Positions 1 to 12,631 of a DNA stretch of 64,000 bases are shown piece after piece. This DNA comes from Lama guanicoe (taxonomy: Eukaryota). Position numbers and translations under genes: made by a program. The DNA is taken from the NCBI GenBank assembly GCA_013239625.1, contig MU053365.1, positions 1,212,115-1,276,114 of the forward strand. Direction: 5' to 3'. Within the stretch, counting starts at the first letter, position 1. Each line of letters opens with the position of its first letter. The notes below the pieces were generated by a model, which made no database searches, was not told where the DNA came from, and saw nothing but the letters and a program-made list of their open reading frames with translations.

Positions 1-3000
1 TAAAAAAAAGGTAATATCGCCTTGCAACTGTACTTACAGAATGTTAAGGCAATGTTATAGTAACAAATACAATCAAAGATTACAATGAAATTTTAAAAAT
101 CGGCAGGAAATCATACACAATTCATTTCTTCAAGATAAATTTCATCATTTCAAGTAATCAGACTACCTGATCTCAAATCTGAGATCTGACCCTTACTAGC
201 TCTGACACTTAGTAAGTCACTTATCTCATCTCTGTATACATCTATGTCCTCATCTATAAAATGGGAATAACAATAGTACCTCAGGGTTGTGGGAGATGAT
301 TAAATAAATTAACAGAGGTAAAGTACCTGAACAGTCCCTGGCACCTAGAAAGCTCTCAGCACCTATCAACAGTTATCATAACCACAGTCATCTCAGGCGG
401 TACATTCTCATAGTGGGCAGGAATCAGAAAACCCAATTATTATACCACTGAATTTTGCATTTAATTAATAATTTGGAGGTTTTCAAAGTGCATGAGTACA
501 AAGCCGAAAAATGCTCAGTTCAAAAGGAGAATAATGATGCTTTCACAAAGATACTAAACACTAGAAAGGTTATTTAGCCTGGGAAGAAAAAAATGTGGTT
601 GACCCGAATAATTTACTTCCTCGAAGTAAAGAATAACACCTGTATGCAAAGTTAGATCTAGAGACTTCAGAGAATATGTGAATAGTGCTTTATCCGTTTA
701 TTTGTGGGTAAAACTGATTTCTTACAGGCTATGTAGCTGACATGTTGGGCCACTAACGTCTTCATTAAAAAAAAACTTCCTTGATTGTACATTTCCCTAC
801 AATAGGACCTTATTTCAACAGTATTTGCTTAGGAAATGCTTTGTAAAAATGTTGTGAGGTATAATTCAAGTGTCATCATGTCTTAAATAACATAAGGCTC
901 TGTAAGTTGTACATGTGACTAACTTTTTCTAAGTCAAAGAAATTCCTAAGCACACAAGTAGTGGCTCTGACAGTTACTAAACGTAACTTGCAAGTTTTTC
1001 AGAATAAACACCAGAGGGAAAAATAGAAATAAGCTGTTACAATCTTAGGGTTTAGGTTTCACCATTCTGTTAATTCTGAATCCTAAGTTTGAGTTAATGT
1101 TTTAGAGAAAACAATCCAATTGTTACCAGTTTACACTCTACCCAGTCTATACTGCAAATCTGGACCATGTGCTCAGAAGATGGAGAATTGTACCTTGCAA
1201 CATGGGGTTCTGTTAGGCAAATCAAAGTCTGAATTCAATTATACTGAAGCCATCTGAGTTGTTTAGTTTTTAAAGGCTTTACAATCTGATGAACCCAGGT
1301 TCCTAATTTTCTCATAAATGTAACATTTCTCCGTAACAGTTCATTTTTATTGGTCTTTATTTCCACTCCTTTCTGCCCTTCCCACTGGACAGGCAACTCA
1401 GTTTACTTTTACTTCTACTTTACTTTTATGACTCGTATCAATATTGTGAGCTGTATAAAAATTTAAACCTTTTCATTATAGAAACCATTTTTCCACCAAT
1501 ACAGACTATTTGAGGCTTTCTTAAAATAAACCTTAATTAAAAAAACATAATAGCAATTTCTCTGCACACGGTTGTTCATGTTTCACATTTCCCCTCAAGG
1601 AACTAAGGGACAACACATTCCTTTTATTCACCTTCGAAGTAAACAACTTTGTTAAAAAACAAAAATAGGGGGGATTAAGAAGAGAGATAGAGGGCATTTC
1701 TTATATTTCAATAAGTTTGCAAGCCAAATCATGGGAGCAAATCATAGATTGCTGGAATGGAACAATGACTCCTTCAAGACCAGGATGTGCTACTTGCCCT
1801 CTATAGCAAACAAACTCCACTAAAAAAGTAAGAGTGGCATCCTGTCTAAGCTAGTATCACAAATTAGCACACTGCTCAACCATTAGCCCCTGCTCATATT
1901 TGTTACATTTAGTGCCACAAATCTAGCAAGCAAAACTACCAATCTAGGAAACAATGACTCTACACAAACCAGAAGAAATTAGAGAACAATTTTATACAAA
2001 CTAACCAACAGAAATTATGGATCACTGAAATAAATGCATCCAGAATTTTGACTGCAGAGTCACTTGAAACAGTTTTTTATTGGTGAGGCTGTTAAGAACA
2101 TAAATGCTTGGCTATTTTTTCTTCTTTTTACAGCTAAAGGTTTTATCATTTTGCTAAAAGTATGGAACAATTTACACACTTTACTCACTAATGAAATACA
2201 CTGATCTCCAAATATCTCCATAAAATTGGTAAACACATAACATAGTTAAGCCAATGTTTATTTTCCTATAGCTCGTTTGAAATGTTTGTTATTCTAAATA
2301 AATTTAAGAATTGCGTTTGGACAATAGCAATATTTAATTTCCAAGCTTCCTTCTATGTGCATCTTCTGTTGCCAAAATACTATAGTAAGGTGAGATATTA
2401 CTTACAGAAGTTAGAGACATTCAAGAGGAAACGAAAACTTATTAACTGATAGATGTACAGTAAGTACAGACCAACACACGCACTGCCAACACATGAAAAT
2501 ATTTTTAAACCTTTTGAAAAATGTAAGATATTAGTTGTTCTGCAACGGTGTAACTTACAAAAGAAAAACTTGCAGTAAAACCACGCATGCCTATTTAAAA
2601 CCTCAACAATACAATCCACTGCAACATTACACATTCAGAGAAGATAGTCAAGTACTTGGAGCACAGAACAATCATTTCCACTCACTTGAAAAAAATCCGT
2701 AGTAATTATATACTCTCAGTTAATTTCCTGAAGTTTCATGGCATATATTCAGGCCTTTGGAGGGTTAATTTTTTTTCTTAAGTGGCAGAGTTGCCAGTGT
2801 TTTTAGACGCTGAAGCATCTGTATTTCTGAATTTCCCACATTTATAACAAGGGAAGGGGACCACGAATATTCAAGATTACCAACTTCTTTAAAGCACTAC
2901 TCGGGTATGTCAGAGTCTTCCTGAAACTTTTGGATCTAAAAATCTCTTCTGAAACCCACAAGGAGAGGCAACTAAAAATTTGTTGCCATTGTGACCTGGT

Positions 3001-3593
3001 ACCGACTACAGCTTCTTACTACTCTTTCTTCACACTCCTCGCCCAGAACAGTGGAGCTCTCCGAAGTCCCAATGCTGGACCGGAAAAGAGAAGCCAAAGG
3101 AGATCTCAAACCCTTTTCGCAAGGCAGGAGGTGGCTTGACGGAAGCGCCCCCTGCTCCTCGGCAACTACCCACACGTCAGGCCCGGATCCCACTGAGAGA
3201 AGATATTTAAGAAAAGAGAAAATAAGCCGTCACCGTCACTTCGTGCGGATACCGGCCCTTCCCGCCTGGATCCCCTACCTGCCGCCGGCCCTCGCCCATC
3301 CCCAGCTCTCCCTGCTGGGGCTCGGCCCCCGAAAGGGCACCCCCTTTTCCTTGCCCGCTTCTAATTTCGACAGGCGCCGGGGCCTCACGTAGGAGAGGCA
3401 GCGAGGCTCGAGGGGCTTCCTACAGGCCCTAAGTCCGGTCCTTCCCTCCCTCTCAAACCACATCCCGCCGAGCGCGCCCTGGCCCCCGGGCGCAGCGCTC
3501 AGGAAGAGGGCCCGGGGCCTGTCTCCGGCCGAGGCTCAGAAGAAAAGGGAGGGAAAGAAGGGCGAAGATGGGGCCTGCCCTGGAGCCAAGTAC
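1..3593 (-). other. FMR1: FMR1 intron 1 (partial)
   Basis: Begins at the exon 1 donor. No exon 2 sequence (AFVKDVHEDS...) is found in 1-3593. AT-rich except for the CpG-rich first ~600 bp. Confidence 0.93.
170..375 (+). mobile_element. MIR SINE
   Basis: Core ...cctcatctataaaatgggaataacaatagtacctcagggttgtg... Confidence 0.8.
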
Positions 3594-3644
3594 CTTGTAG
3601 AAAGCGCCATTGGAGCCCCGCACTTCCACCACCAGCTCCTCCAT
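3594..3644 (-). CDS. FMR1: FMRP (fragile X messenger ribonucleoprotein 1) coding part of exon 1; exon 2 onward lies outside the window to the left
   Basis: ATG at 3644-3642 gives MEELVVEVRGSNGAFYK, the known FMRP N-terminus, followed by splice donor AAG|GTACTT (GT at 3593-3592). The CGG repeat lies upstream in the 5'UTR. Confidence 0.99.
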
Positions 3645-3712
3645 CTTCTCGTCAGCCCTGCTCGCACCGGGAGCCCGCCCCCGAGAGGTGGGCTGCGGGC
3701 GCTCGAGGCCCA

Positions 3713-3713
<1 letters not shown>

Positions 3714-3746
<33 letters not shown>
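3714..3746 (-). repeat. (CGG)11 fragile-X trinucleotide repeat, uninterrupted
   Basis: 11 consecutive CCG units on the + strand; no AGG interruption. Confidence 0.98.
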
Positions 3747-3747
<1 letters not shown>

Positions 3748-3838
3748 GCTGCCGCACGCCCTCCGGCAGCGGCGCCGCCGTCACAGCCGCCTCCTGCGCT
3801 CGCCGTCGGCTCACCGCCCGCTCTGAGGCGGCCCCTCA

Positions 3839-3857
3839 CCGGAAGTGAAACCGAAAC
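3839..3857 (+). promoter_or_regulatory. ETS/GABP site fused to an IRF/ISRE-like element at the TSS
   Basis: CCGGAAGTG overlaps GGAAGTGAAA (ETS-IRF composite) and GAAACCGAAAC (GAAANNGAAA). Confidence 0.65.
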
Positions 3858-3920
3858 GGAGCCGAGCGCCTGGCGGAGGCCGAACGCTCCGGCCGCTCCG
3901 CGTGTAAACAGTGAAACCGC

Positions 3921-3930
3921 GTCACGTGAC
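3921..3930. promoter_or_regulatory. E-box (USF1/2) with overlapping CRE-like half site
   Basis: Perfect palindrome GTCACGTGAC at the position of the known FMR1 promoter E-box footprint. Confidence 0.85.
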
Positions 3931-3933
3931 CGG

Positions 3934-3976
3934 CGCCGCCCCTCCCCCCGCGGGTTCGGCCCCTCGGCCCCGCCCT
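3934..3976. promoter_or_regulatory. Two GC boxes (Sp1/Sp3)
   Basis: CGCCGCCCCTCCC and GGCCCCGCCC between the E-box and the NRF1 site, as in the human FMR1 promoter. Confidence 0.75.
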
Positions 3977-3998
3977 CTTTCCCCCCGCGGGCCCAGGA

Positions 3999-4014
3999 GC
4001 GCGCGCCTGCGCGC
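3999..4014. promoter_or_regulatory. NRF1 (alpha-Pal) site
   Basis: GCGCGCGCCTGCGCGC matches the GCGCnTGCGC core at the position of the known FMR1 NRF1 footprint. Confidence 0.75.
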
Positions 4015-4884
4015 TGCTGGAGCCCGGCCGGTGGGGGTGGGGGGGGCCGGGCCCGACGTAAGGCGCGCGGGCTCTGCGTGCGTGGGCTCGGCGGCGGGCG
4101 GGAAGCGAGAAGGACTGCGACAGGTCGCACCGCTAGCTGAGGTCGCGCCGCTTCGCGTCGCCTGGCGAGGTCCAGAGCGCCCGTTCCTTTAGACGGGGAA
4201 GCCGAGGAGTGGGAAGGGGCCTCCGTGGCCATCAAGTGTATTCACTTACCCGAGTCCGGGCTGGCTTGGGTTGGAGGTTGTTTTTGTTTTTTAAAGTGGG
4301 GCAGAGCCTGACTGAGCTGGAGGTTCAGTGGGGCACAAGAATAAAGGTGAAGAATTAGTTTGAAGATAGATTGAAGAAGACTTTGAACTAGTGACAGTGG
4401 CAACCACCGTGACCCAGACTTGTGTGACCCTTAGAGGCAGAAGGTGAGAATAACGCCACCCCCTCCCCAGGAGACTTTGGGCTGTCCTGTGGACACATCC
4501 TGTGTCCTCTGAGAGCCAGTGCATTGTGTCAGGATCTCTGGAAATGTTAGTCTTCCCTCAGACCCAGCACTGACCACATACTTCCCTCGCTTCAGTTTCA
4601 TACTTTTACTTGGCATACGTAAAAAAAGAAAAAAATCTGTTAAACACTTGCTGATTGCTTTACAGTTTACCTTCCTAGTAGTTCACGCATGGTGTATGCC
4701 CACCCTGTACCAGAGGGTGGGGTGGGCATGTGGACAGCAGTCAGGCGACATATCTACAGGGCCGCGCACCTGTTTCCTTGTAGCTCTTCCCCTTTACCCT
4801 CCACAGTAGGAAAAAACCCAACTCTCATTCCTTCTTCTGCACCGTGCTTGTATCCACATTGACCTAGGTTTCTTTTGGAAGGCC

Positions 4885-5170
4885 TCTATTCAACTGAGAA
4901 GTTTATTGAGCCCCTACCATATGCCAGGCACTGTGCTAGCTGCTAGTGAAACATCGGTAAAAGAGAAAAAGAAAGAAAAGACTGGCAGCATTGAACTTGG
5001 AACCCAGAGGCATAGATGGACATAAATCAAATTATCAGAAAAGTAAACCTGGAGTTGCAACTGTGATAAAGGCTATGAGGAATAGATCCACCTAGGACAG
5101 TGGGACAGGATCCAGTCTGGGGTGGGGAGGGGTGGTCAGAGCTGGAAAATGACTCCAGCTGGAATGTGAC
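4885..5170 (-). mobile_element. L2 3' fragment
   Basis: tttattgagcccctaccatatgccaggcactgtgctag is the reverse-oriented L2 3' end. Confidence 0.65.
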
Positions 5171-6399
5171 CAGTGAGAATTAACTGGCAGTACTGAGTTG
5201 GTGGCGGCGGTTTGAACTGCCCCAGGCAGGTGCCCCAGAATGCAAGGCATCCTTGGGCCTCCAGTTCCCTTCCCACCCCACTCCTAGCCAGAGCTCCAGC
5301 ATGAAAGCCTCAGATCAAGGGCCACATTCCTTGAGGCCACGGTAAACAGGAATGACCTATTGAACTACGGTCTCTGGAGTAGTCACAAAATGCAAAGATT
5401 CCAATAGGGCCGAAAGAGAATCTCACCATAGGTATGGAAGCGGAGCCGAGCGTGAGCTTTAACCCCGATGTAGTGAATGGGGACAGACTGATTAGAATGA
5501 TTATACTTTCCATGTGTAGGGTGTTGTCCAGTTTACTTGGGGCTTTCAAATATTATCAGCCGTTCACAACCACTACCCACCGCACTAAACTTAGTGCTGT
5601 TTCCTGAACCTGTGATGCACTTTCATGCCTTCACATCTCTACACATGCTTCTTGGCCCCCAGAAATAATCTTATTAGGGTTATCAGCTGGATTCCTATCA
5701 GCGTGTTACTTGTATCTCAGGTGCAGACAGTTAGCTTTGCTCCTCAATTCTCGACACATTGTCATCATCAGTCCCTGCAAAGGCCCCTCTCTTATTTATG
5801 TTATTTTATATTGTTTGTATTATTTTCCCTTGTCTTCCTCAATACCCACTCTCATTCTTCTTTTAGACACAAACTGCAATGTATTTGATAAAGATCGTGG
5901 GTACTTGAAGACATGCAGTGTTCTGTGCACCCCTTTTACATTTATGGTGATGGTACCGGACTGTAAATCTCTGTTACCACTGTTTTCACTCAGCACTGCG
6001 TTCTTGAGCTATATGCACGTTGCTGTGTGTGCACCATGATTTCCCTAGTGATGGGTGTCTAGGTTATTGCCAGCTCCCTGATGTCACATTGTGGTGAAAA
6101 CTCCTCTGAATGTCTTTACAAACCTTTGCAAAAATTTCTTTTGTGTTCTTAAAGCACGTACCTCCTGCTTCCTCACCACACTGCTTGGCATGTAGCAGGG
6201 ACTCAGTAACGTTGAATACCTCTACTGTGATGCTTAACATACTAGAATCACTTATATTTCTGTTTCCCTCATTGGACTGTGAATTCCTCCTAGCAGGACA
6301 GCTTGGCTGAATTCAGACCCGGGCTCAGCCCTGCGGGTGAGTTTGTTCCTCCCATATTGTTCTCTCTCTGGGTCACTGGCAACCCCTTCTTCCAGGGAG

Positions 6400-6960
6400 T
6401 TGCTCAGGCCTAAAACTGAGTCATTTTGACCTTCTCTCTCCCACACATCGAATCCATCAGCAAATCCTTTCAGAGTCCACGAACTACTTCTCACCACTTG
6501 CACTGCTAAAACCATGGTCCAAGTCCCTGTCCTCTCTTACCTGGATTAATGTAACCATTTCACTGGTCTCCCTACAACCACTCTTATCCCCTGTCTTTTC
6601 TCAACACAGAGACAGACCCTATTCGGGGGTCAATCAAGTCACTCTGCTATTCAAAACCCTCTAATTGTTCCCTAAATGCCTCAGGGTAAAGGCCAAAGTC
6701 CTTATTTATTCTGGCCTCAGTGCCCTTCACCCACTGGCCTCTGTTATCTCCTCCATCTCACCTACCTCCCTCCATTCCAGCCATATTGGCTCTTTGCTGT
6801 TTCTTGAAAACATCAGGCAGGTTCTGTCTCCTGTCACTAGAATGTAAGCTCAGTGAAAACAGGTTTTTGTTTCTTTTATTCACTGCTTGTCCCCAGAGCC
6901 TACCACAGTGTTTGGAACATAGCAGGTGCCTACTAACTATTTATCGAAAGAATGAATGAA
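6400..6960 (+). mobile_element. L2 3' fragment
   Basis: Typical L2 3' sequence ending in gaatgaatgaa. Confidence 0.8.
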
Positions 6961-7309
6961 TATGTGTTGAGGACCCAGCTTGGGTCAATCTGCTCCATGC
7001 TTATATTTATCTGATACTGGAATGATGCTTCAGCACTTCTAGACTTGTCTGGGCCCCTAGCTTCCATTAAATGATTGCCTGTTGTCTTTGCATTGATTTA
7101 TTCTGTGTTATTTCTTGCTCCTTCAAAATTTGAGCCCTTTAAGTCTTTTTCATGCCTCAATCCCAAGAGAAATGCCCTTTGTCCTTTCCAACCGTAGAAA
7201 TCCTATGTACCTCTTGGACCCAGCTAAAGCCTTACTTCTTTTGTGACACACTCTACAATTGAACTAGAACACTCAACTCCTTTGAACTAGATTTTAGGAA
7301 AAATATTTT

Positions 7310-10300
7310 AATAATAATCTTTATGTTTTAGAACAATTTTAGATTTACCGGAATGTTGAGCAGATAGTACAGAGTTCCCAAATCAATTCCCTGACACCTC
7401 TCTCCCAGTTTCCTCTATTATTCACATCTTGCATTACTATGGTACATTTGTTACCATTGATGAGCCAAAATTGATACCTTTTATTAACTAAAGTCCATAC
7501 ATTAGTTTACATTGTTTCACTCTGTGTTATGTAGTATATGGGCTTTGACAAATTCATAATGTCACGTACCCTCCCCATTATAGTATCATATAGGACAGTT
7601 CCACCACCCTAAAAAAACCCCCTGTGCTCCACCTATTTGTTCATGAACTTAACCTCTTAACCCTGGGCAGCCATTTATCTTTTCACTGTCTCCATAGAGG
7701 TGCCTTTTCCAGAATGTCATAGAGTTGGAATCATACAGTATGTAGCTTTTTCTTGGACTTAGCATTTAAGGTTCCTCTATGTCTTTTCACGGTTTGATAG
7801 CTCATTTCTTGCTAGGGGTGAATAATATTCTGTTGTCTGGATGTATCACTTCTTATTTATCCGTTCACCTACTGAAGGACATCTTGGTTGCTTCCAAGTT
7901 TTGGTGACTATGAATAAAGCTGCTATAAGCACCCATGTGCAGGTTTGTTTTGGACATAAGTGTTCAACTCATTTGTGTAAACACCTTGGAGTGCGACTGC
8001 TGAATCTTATGGTAAGAATATGTTTAGTTTTATAAGAAACTGCAAACCATCTTCCACCGTGTCTACCATTTTGCATTCCCACCAGCAGTGAATGAGAGTT
8101 CCTGTTGCTCCACATCCTCGCCAGCCCAACTTAATCATTGGTGTTATCAGTGTTCTGGATTTTGGCCATTCTAATAGGTGTATAGTGGTATCTCACTGTT
8201 GTTTTAATTTGCAATTCCCTAATGACTGATGATGTTGAGTATCTTTTTATATGCTTTATTGCCATCTGTATATCTTCCTGGGTAAGGTCTCTATTCAGAT
8301 ATTTTGCCCATTTTAAAATTGGGTTGTTTTCTTATTAGTAAGTATTAATAATTCATTGTATATTTTGTATACCAGCCCTTTATCAGTTTTTTCACAAGTA
8401 TTTTCTCCCAGTCTGTTGCTGTCTTTTCATTCACCTAACAGTCTTTCACAGAATAGAGGTTTTTAATTTTAAAAAAAGTCCAACTTAATTAGTTTTTTTC
8501 TTTCACAGGTCATGCTTTTAGAATTGTATCCAAAAAAGTCATTACCAAACTTAAGTTCACCTAGATTTTCTCCTGTGTCATAGAAGTTTATAGTTTTGTG
8601 TTTTACATTTAGGTCTATGATCCATTTTTTTTAAATTGAAGTATAGTCAGTTACAATGTGTCAATTTCTGGTGTACAGCATAATGTCCCAGTTATATATA
8701 TATATATTTGTTTTCATGTTCTTTTTCATTAAGGGTTATTACAATATATTGAATATTGTTCCCTGTGCTATAGAGAAGAAATTTGTCTTTTTTTATCCAT
8801 TTTTATATATAGTGGTTAACATTTGCAAATCTCAATCTCCCAAATTTATCCCTTCCCAGTCTTTTTCCCCTGATAACTGTAAGACTGTTTACTATGTCTG
8901 GGAATCTGTTTCTGTTTTGTAGATGAGTTCATTAGTGTCCTCTTTCTTTCTTTCTTTCTTCCACATACGAGTGATATCATACAGTATTTTTCTCTTTCTG
9001 ACTTACTTCACTTAGAATGACAATCTCCAGGTCCATCCATGTTGCTGCAATGGCATTTTATTCTTTTTTATTGCTGAGTAGTATTCTGTTGAATGAATAT
9101 ACCACAACTTCTTTACCCAGTCATCTGTCAATGGACATTTAGGTTGCTTCTATGTCTTGATTATTGTATATAGTGCTGCTATGAACACTGGGGTGCATGT
9201 ATCTTTCTGAATTAGAGTTCCCTCCGGATATATGCCCAGGAGTGGGATTGCTGGATATGATACATTTTGAGTTAGTTTTTGTGGAAGGTGTAAAGTCTGT
9301 GTCTAGGCTTATTTTAATTTATTTTTTGCATATAGATGTCTAATCATTCTAGCACTATTTTTTTGAAAAAACTATTTTTTCGAAAAAACTATTTTTTCTT
9401 CATTGATTGCCTTTGCTCCTTTGGAAAAGCTCATTTGGCTATAGTTGCATGGATCTAATTCTGATCTCTTTTCTGTTCATTGATCTATTTGTTTATCTTT
9501 TCATCAATACCACACTGTCTTGATTAGTGTTGCTTTAAAATATGTCTTAAAGTCAGTCCTCCAACTTTGTTCTTCAATATTGTATTTGCTATAGGCTAAG
9601 CCTTTTGCCTTTCCATATAAGTTTTAGAATCAGTTTGTCAATATCCAGAAAGTGACTTGCTGGATTTTGATTGAGATTGCATTTGAATTTATAGATCTAG
9701 TTGAAAGAAGTGACATCTTAACATTATTGAATCTTCCTATCCATGAACATGGGATATCTCTCCATTTGATTTCTTTCATCAAGGTTTTGTAGTGTTCCTT
9801 ATATAGATACTGTACATATTTTGTAAGATTTATGCCTAAGTATCTCATTTTGTGGTGCTGATGTAACTGGTATTGTATTTTTAATTTCAAATTCCAATTG
9901 TTCATTCCTATTATATAAATCTCCCTCTAACCACTGCTTTTGCTGTATCCCATAAATTTTGGTAAGTTCTGTTTTTTCATTTAGTATAAAATATTTTAAA
10001 ATTTCTCTGGAAACTTCTCCTTTGACCCATGTGTTATTTAGAAGTGTTGTTTAATCTCCAAATATTTGAGGATTCTCCAATTATCTTTCTGTTATCAATT
10101 TCTAGTTTAATTCCATTGTGGTCTGTATGATTTGTATAATTTCAAATTTGTTATAATATGTTTTATGGACCATTCTTGGTGGATGTTCCATGTGAATTTG
10201 AGAAGAATCCTGCTCTTGTTGGCTGAAATAGTCTATAGATTCCAATTAGATCAAGTTGATTATGGAGCTGTTCAGTTCAGCTGTATCCTTACTGATTTTC

Positions 10301-11940
10301 TGCCTTCTAAATCTATTGGTCACTGACAGAGGGGTGTTTAAGTCTCCAAATATAACAGTGGATCTATTTCTACTTGTAGATCTATCAGCTTTTGCCTCAT
10401 ATATTTTGACACTCTTGTTGGCTGCATATACATTTAACATTTCTTCTTAGAGAATTGACTTCTGTATCAGTATGTAATTTCTCTCTTTATCCCTGATAAT
10501 GTTACTTGTTCTGAAGTCTACTTTACCTAAAATTAACATAGCTAATCCAGCTTTCTTTTGATTCGTGTTAGCATGATAGATCTCTCTTCACTCCTTTACT
10601 TATAGTCTAGGTATGTCTTTAAAGTAGATTTCTTTTAGACAACATATAGTTGTATTTTCTTTTTAAATCCACTTTGTCTCTGTCTTTTAATTCAGGTATT
10701 TAGACCATTTACATTTAAAGTGATTGCTGTTATAGTTGGATTAATATACCATTTTGTAACTGTTTACTATTCATTGCACTTGTTTTTTGTTTCTTTTTTT
10801 GTTCTTCCTCTCCTTGGCTTCTCTGGTTTTAATTGAACAATTTATATGATTCTATGTTTTCTCCTCTGCTAGGATATTAATCACACCTCTTTAAAAAACT
10901 TCTAGTAGCTTCCCTAGAATTTGCAATATGTATTTACAGCTAATTTAAGATTACTTTCAAATAACAGTATACTGCTTTATGGATAGTGCAGGTAACTTAT
11001 TAAAGAATATTCCCAGTTCCCTTCTCTTGTCCCTCATCCTATTTAATTTCACTTATCCCTGTACTATAATCATCAATGCGTTGTTGCTGTTATTGATTTG
11101 AAAAGACAGTTATGTCTATTAGATCAATTAAGATTAAGAAAAATAAGTGTTTAGTTTATCTTCATTTATTCCTTCCCAAAAGCTCTTCCTTTCTTTATGC
11201 AGATTTGAGTTTCCGACGTGTGCCATTTTCTTTCTCTCTGAAGAAATTTAATATTTCTTTTTTTTAAAAATATTTTTCTCAATCTTTGGCTGTAAAGGTC
11301 TTTATTTCTTCTTCACTTTTGAGGGATAATGTCACTGGATACAGAATTCTAGTTTTTTTTTCCCTTTCAACACTTTAAATATCTTACTTCATTCTTCCTT
11401 ACATGGTTTCTGATGAGAAGACAGATAATTCTTATCCTTATACTTCTATAGGAAATTCCCCCTTCCCCTAATTTCTTCCAAGTTTTCTCTTTGTCTTTAA
11501 TATTCTTCAGTTTCAACATGAAGGTGTGGGTTTTTGGGTATTTGTCATGCTAGAAGTCTTCTGAGATTTCTAGAGATGTGGTTTGGTGTCTGTTATTAAT
11601 TTTGGAAAATTCTCAGCCTTTATTACTTCAAATATTTCTTCTGCTCCTTTCTCTCCTCTTCTGGTGTTCTCATTATGCATGTGTTACACTCTTTGTAATT
11701 GTTCTACAATGTTTGGATATTCTCTTTTGTTTTTATTTTTGTTCATTATTTTTTTCCTTTTTGCATTTCTGGTTGGGAAGTTTCCATTGATATACCTTCA
11801 AGCTCACTGATTCTTTCCTCAGCCATGTCCAGTGTGCTGATGAACCTATCTAAGGCATTCTTCGTTTCTGTTACAGTGTGGTTTTATTAATTTCTGTCAT
11901 TTATAGACTAGAGATTTCATCTCTTTGCTTACACTACTGA
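7310..11940 (-). mobile_element. Old L1M (L1MA/MB-type) element with internal deletions: 3'UTR, ORF2 and ORF1 remnants
   Basis: ORF2 remnants such as YLGINLTKYVQYLYKEHYKTLMKEIKWRDIPCSWIGR (9630-9905) and the endonuclease remnant TVIFGDLNTPLS (10246-10440). Confidence 0.85.
8629..9255 (-). mobile_element. Younger 5'-truncated L1 nested in the older L1
   Basis: Poly(T) end at 8625-8632; TSD TATGATCCATTTT (8616-8628) / TATGATACATTTT (9256-9268). Confidence 0.85.
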
Positions 11941-12291
11941 TTTGTCCTTTCTATGTGTATACATATTTTATTATTTCTGTTATCAAGCAATATCAAACTT
12001 ATAGAAAAAATTTAAGTGCAACATAGAGGTTTTTTTCCTGATCTGTTGAGGAAGTAAGTTCCTGATCTGATGCCCATTACTTCCAAATACATCAGTTGTG
12101 TATTTCCTGCAAATAGGGACACTCTTCTGCATAATGACAATATCAACATCAAAATCAGGAAGTTGCCATCAATAAAACATCAATAAAATACTACTAGTTA
12201 ATCCTGATACTCTATTTGAGTTTGGCCAGTTATCCTTGTAAAGCCATTTATAGCAAATGGATCCAGTCAAGAATAATATTTTTACATTTAT

Positions 12292-12525
12292 GAGTGACCC
12301 CTGTACATTGGGGTTAGGCATGCTAACTCTACACACAGTCGAAAATCCAAGTATGACTTATAGTCAACTCGCTATATCACCATTCTTCTGTATTCATGGT
12401 TCCTCTGAATCTAGGGTTCTTCCAGATCCATGGATTCAACCATAGGTTGGATAGTACTGTAGTATTTATTATTGAAATAAACTATGTATAAGTAGACCTA
12501 TGCAGTTGAAACCTGTGTTGTTCTG
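12292..12525. mobile_element. Tigger2-family MITE inside an L1M 3'UTR fragment (~11980-12630)
   Basis: Ends resemble Tigger2 termini (gtgacccctgtaca... and ...tataagtagacctatgcagttgaaacctgtgttgttc). Confidence 0.6.
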
Positions 12526-12631
12526 TAATTGCCATGTATCTACAACAGTTCTTTGGTTTTACCTTGATTTTCATGCCCTGGACACATTTCAAGATTAAAG
12601 AATAGTTTGTAAAATGGCCCTCAGTTTGAGT

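Larger units (their letters stand above)
3645..3878 (-). other. FMR1: FMR1 5'UTR (exon 1); TSS region approximately 3845-3880
   Basis: Minus strand reads CTCCGCCAGGCGCTCGGCTCCGTTTCGGTTTCACTTCCGGT...(CGG)n TTGGGCCTCGAGCGCCCGCAGCCCACC...GAGAAGATG, closely matching the human FMR1 leader. The 5' boundary is approximate. Confidence 0.9.
3050..4260. promoter_or_regulatory. FMR1 CpG island and promoter (bidirectional in human, FMR1/ASFMR1/FMR4)
   Basis: Very high GC and CpG density covering the start of intron 1, exon 1 and the promoter; density drops sharply after ~4260. Confidence 0.93.

Noticed and set aside
2991..4192. Plus-strand ORFs of 133, 176 and 93 aa in the CpG island
   Set aside because: GC-rich low-complexity frames without recognisable products.
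3453..4235. 260-aa ORF as an N-terminally extended FMRP
   Set aside because: Its start lies ~350 bp upstream of the TSS region and it runs through the exon 1 donor into the intron; openness is explained by CpG-island composition.
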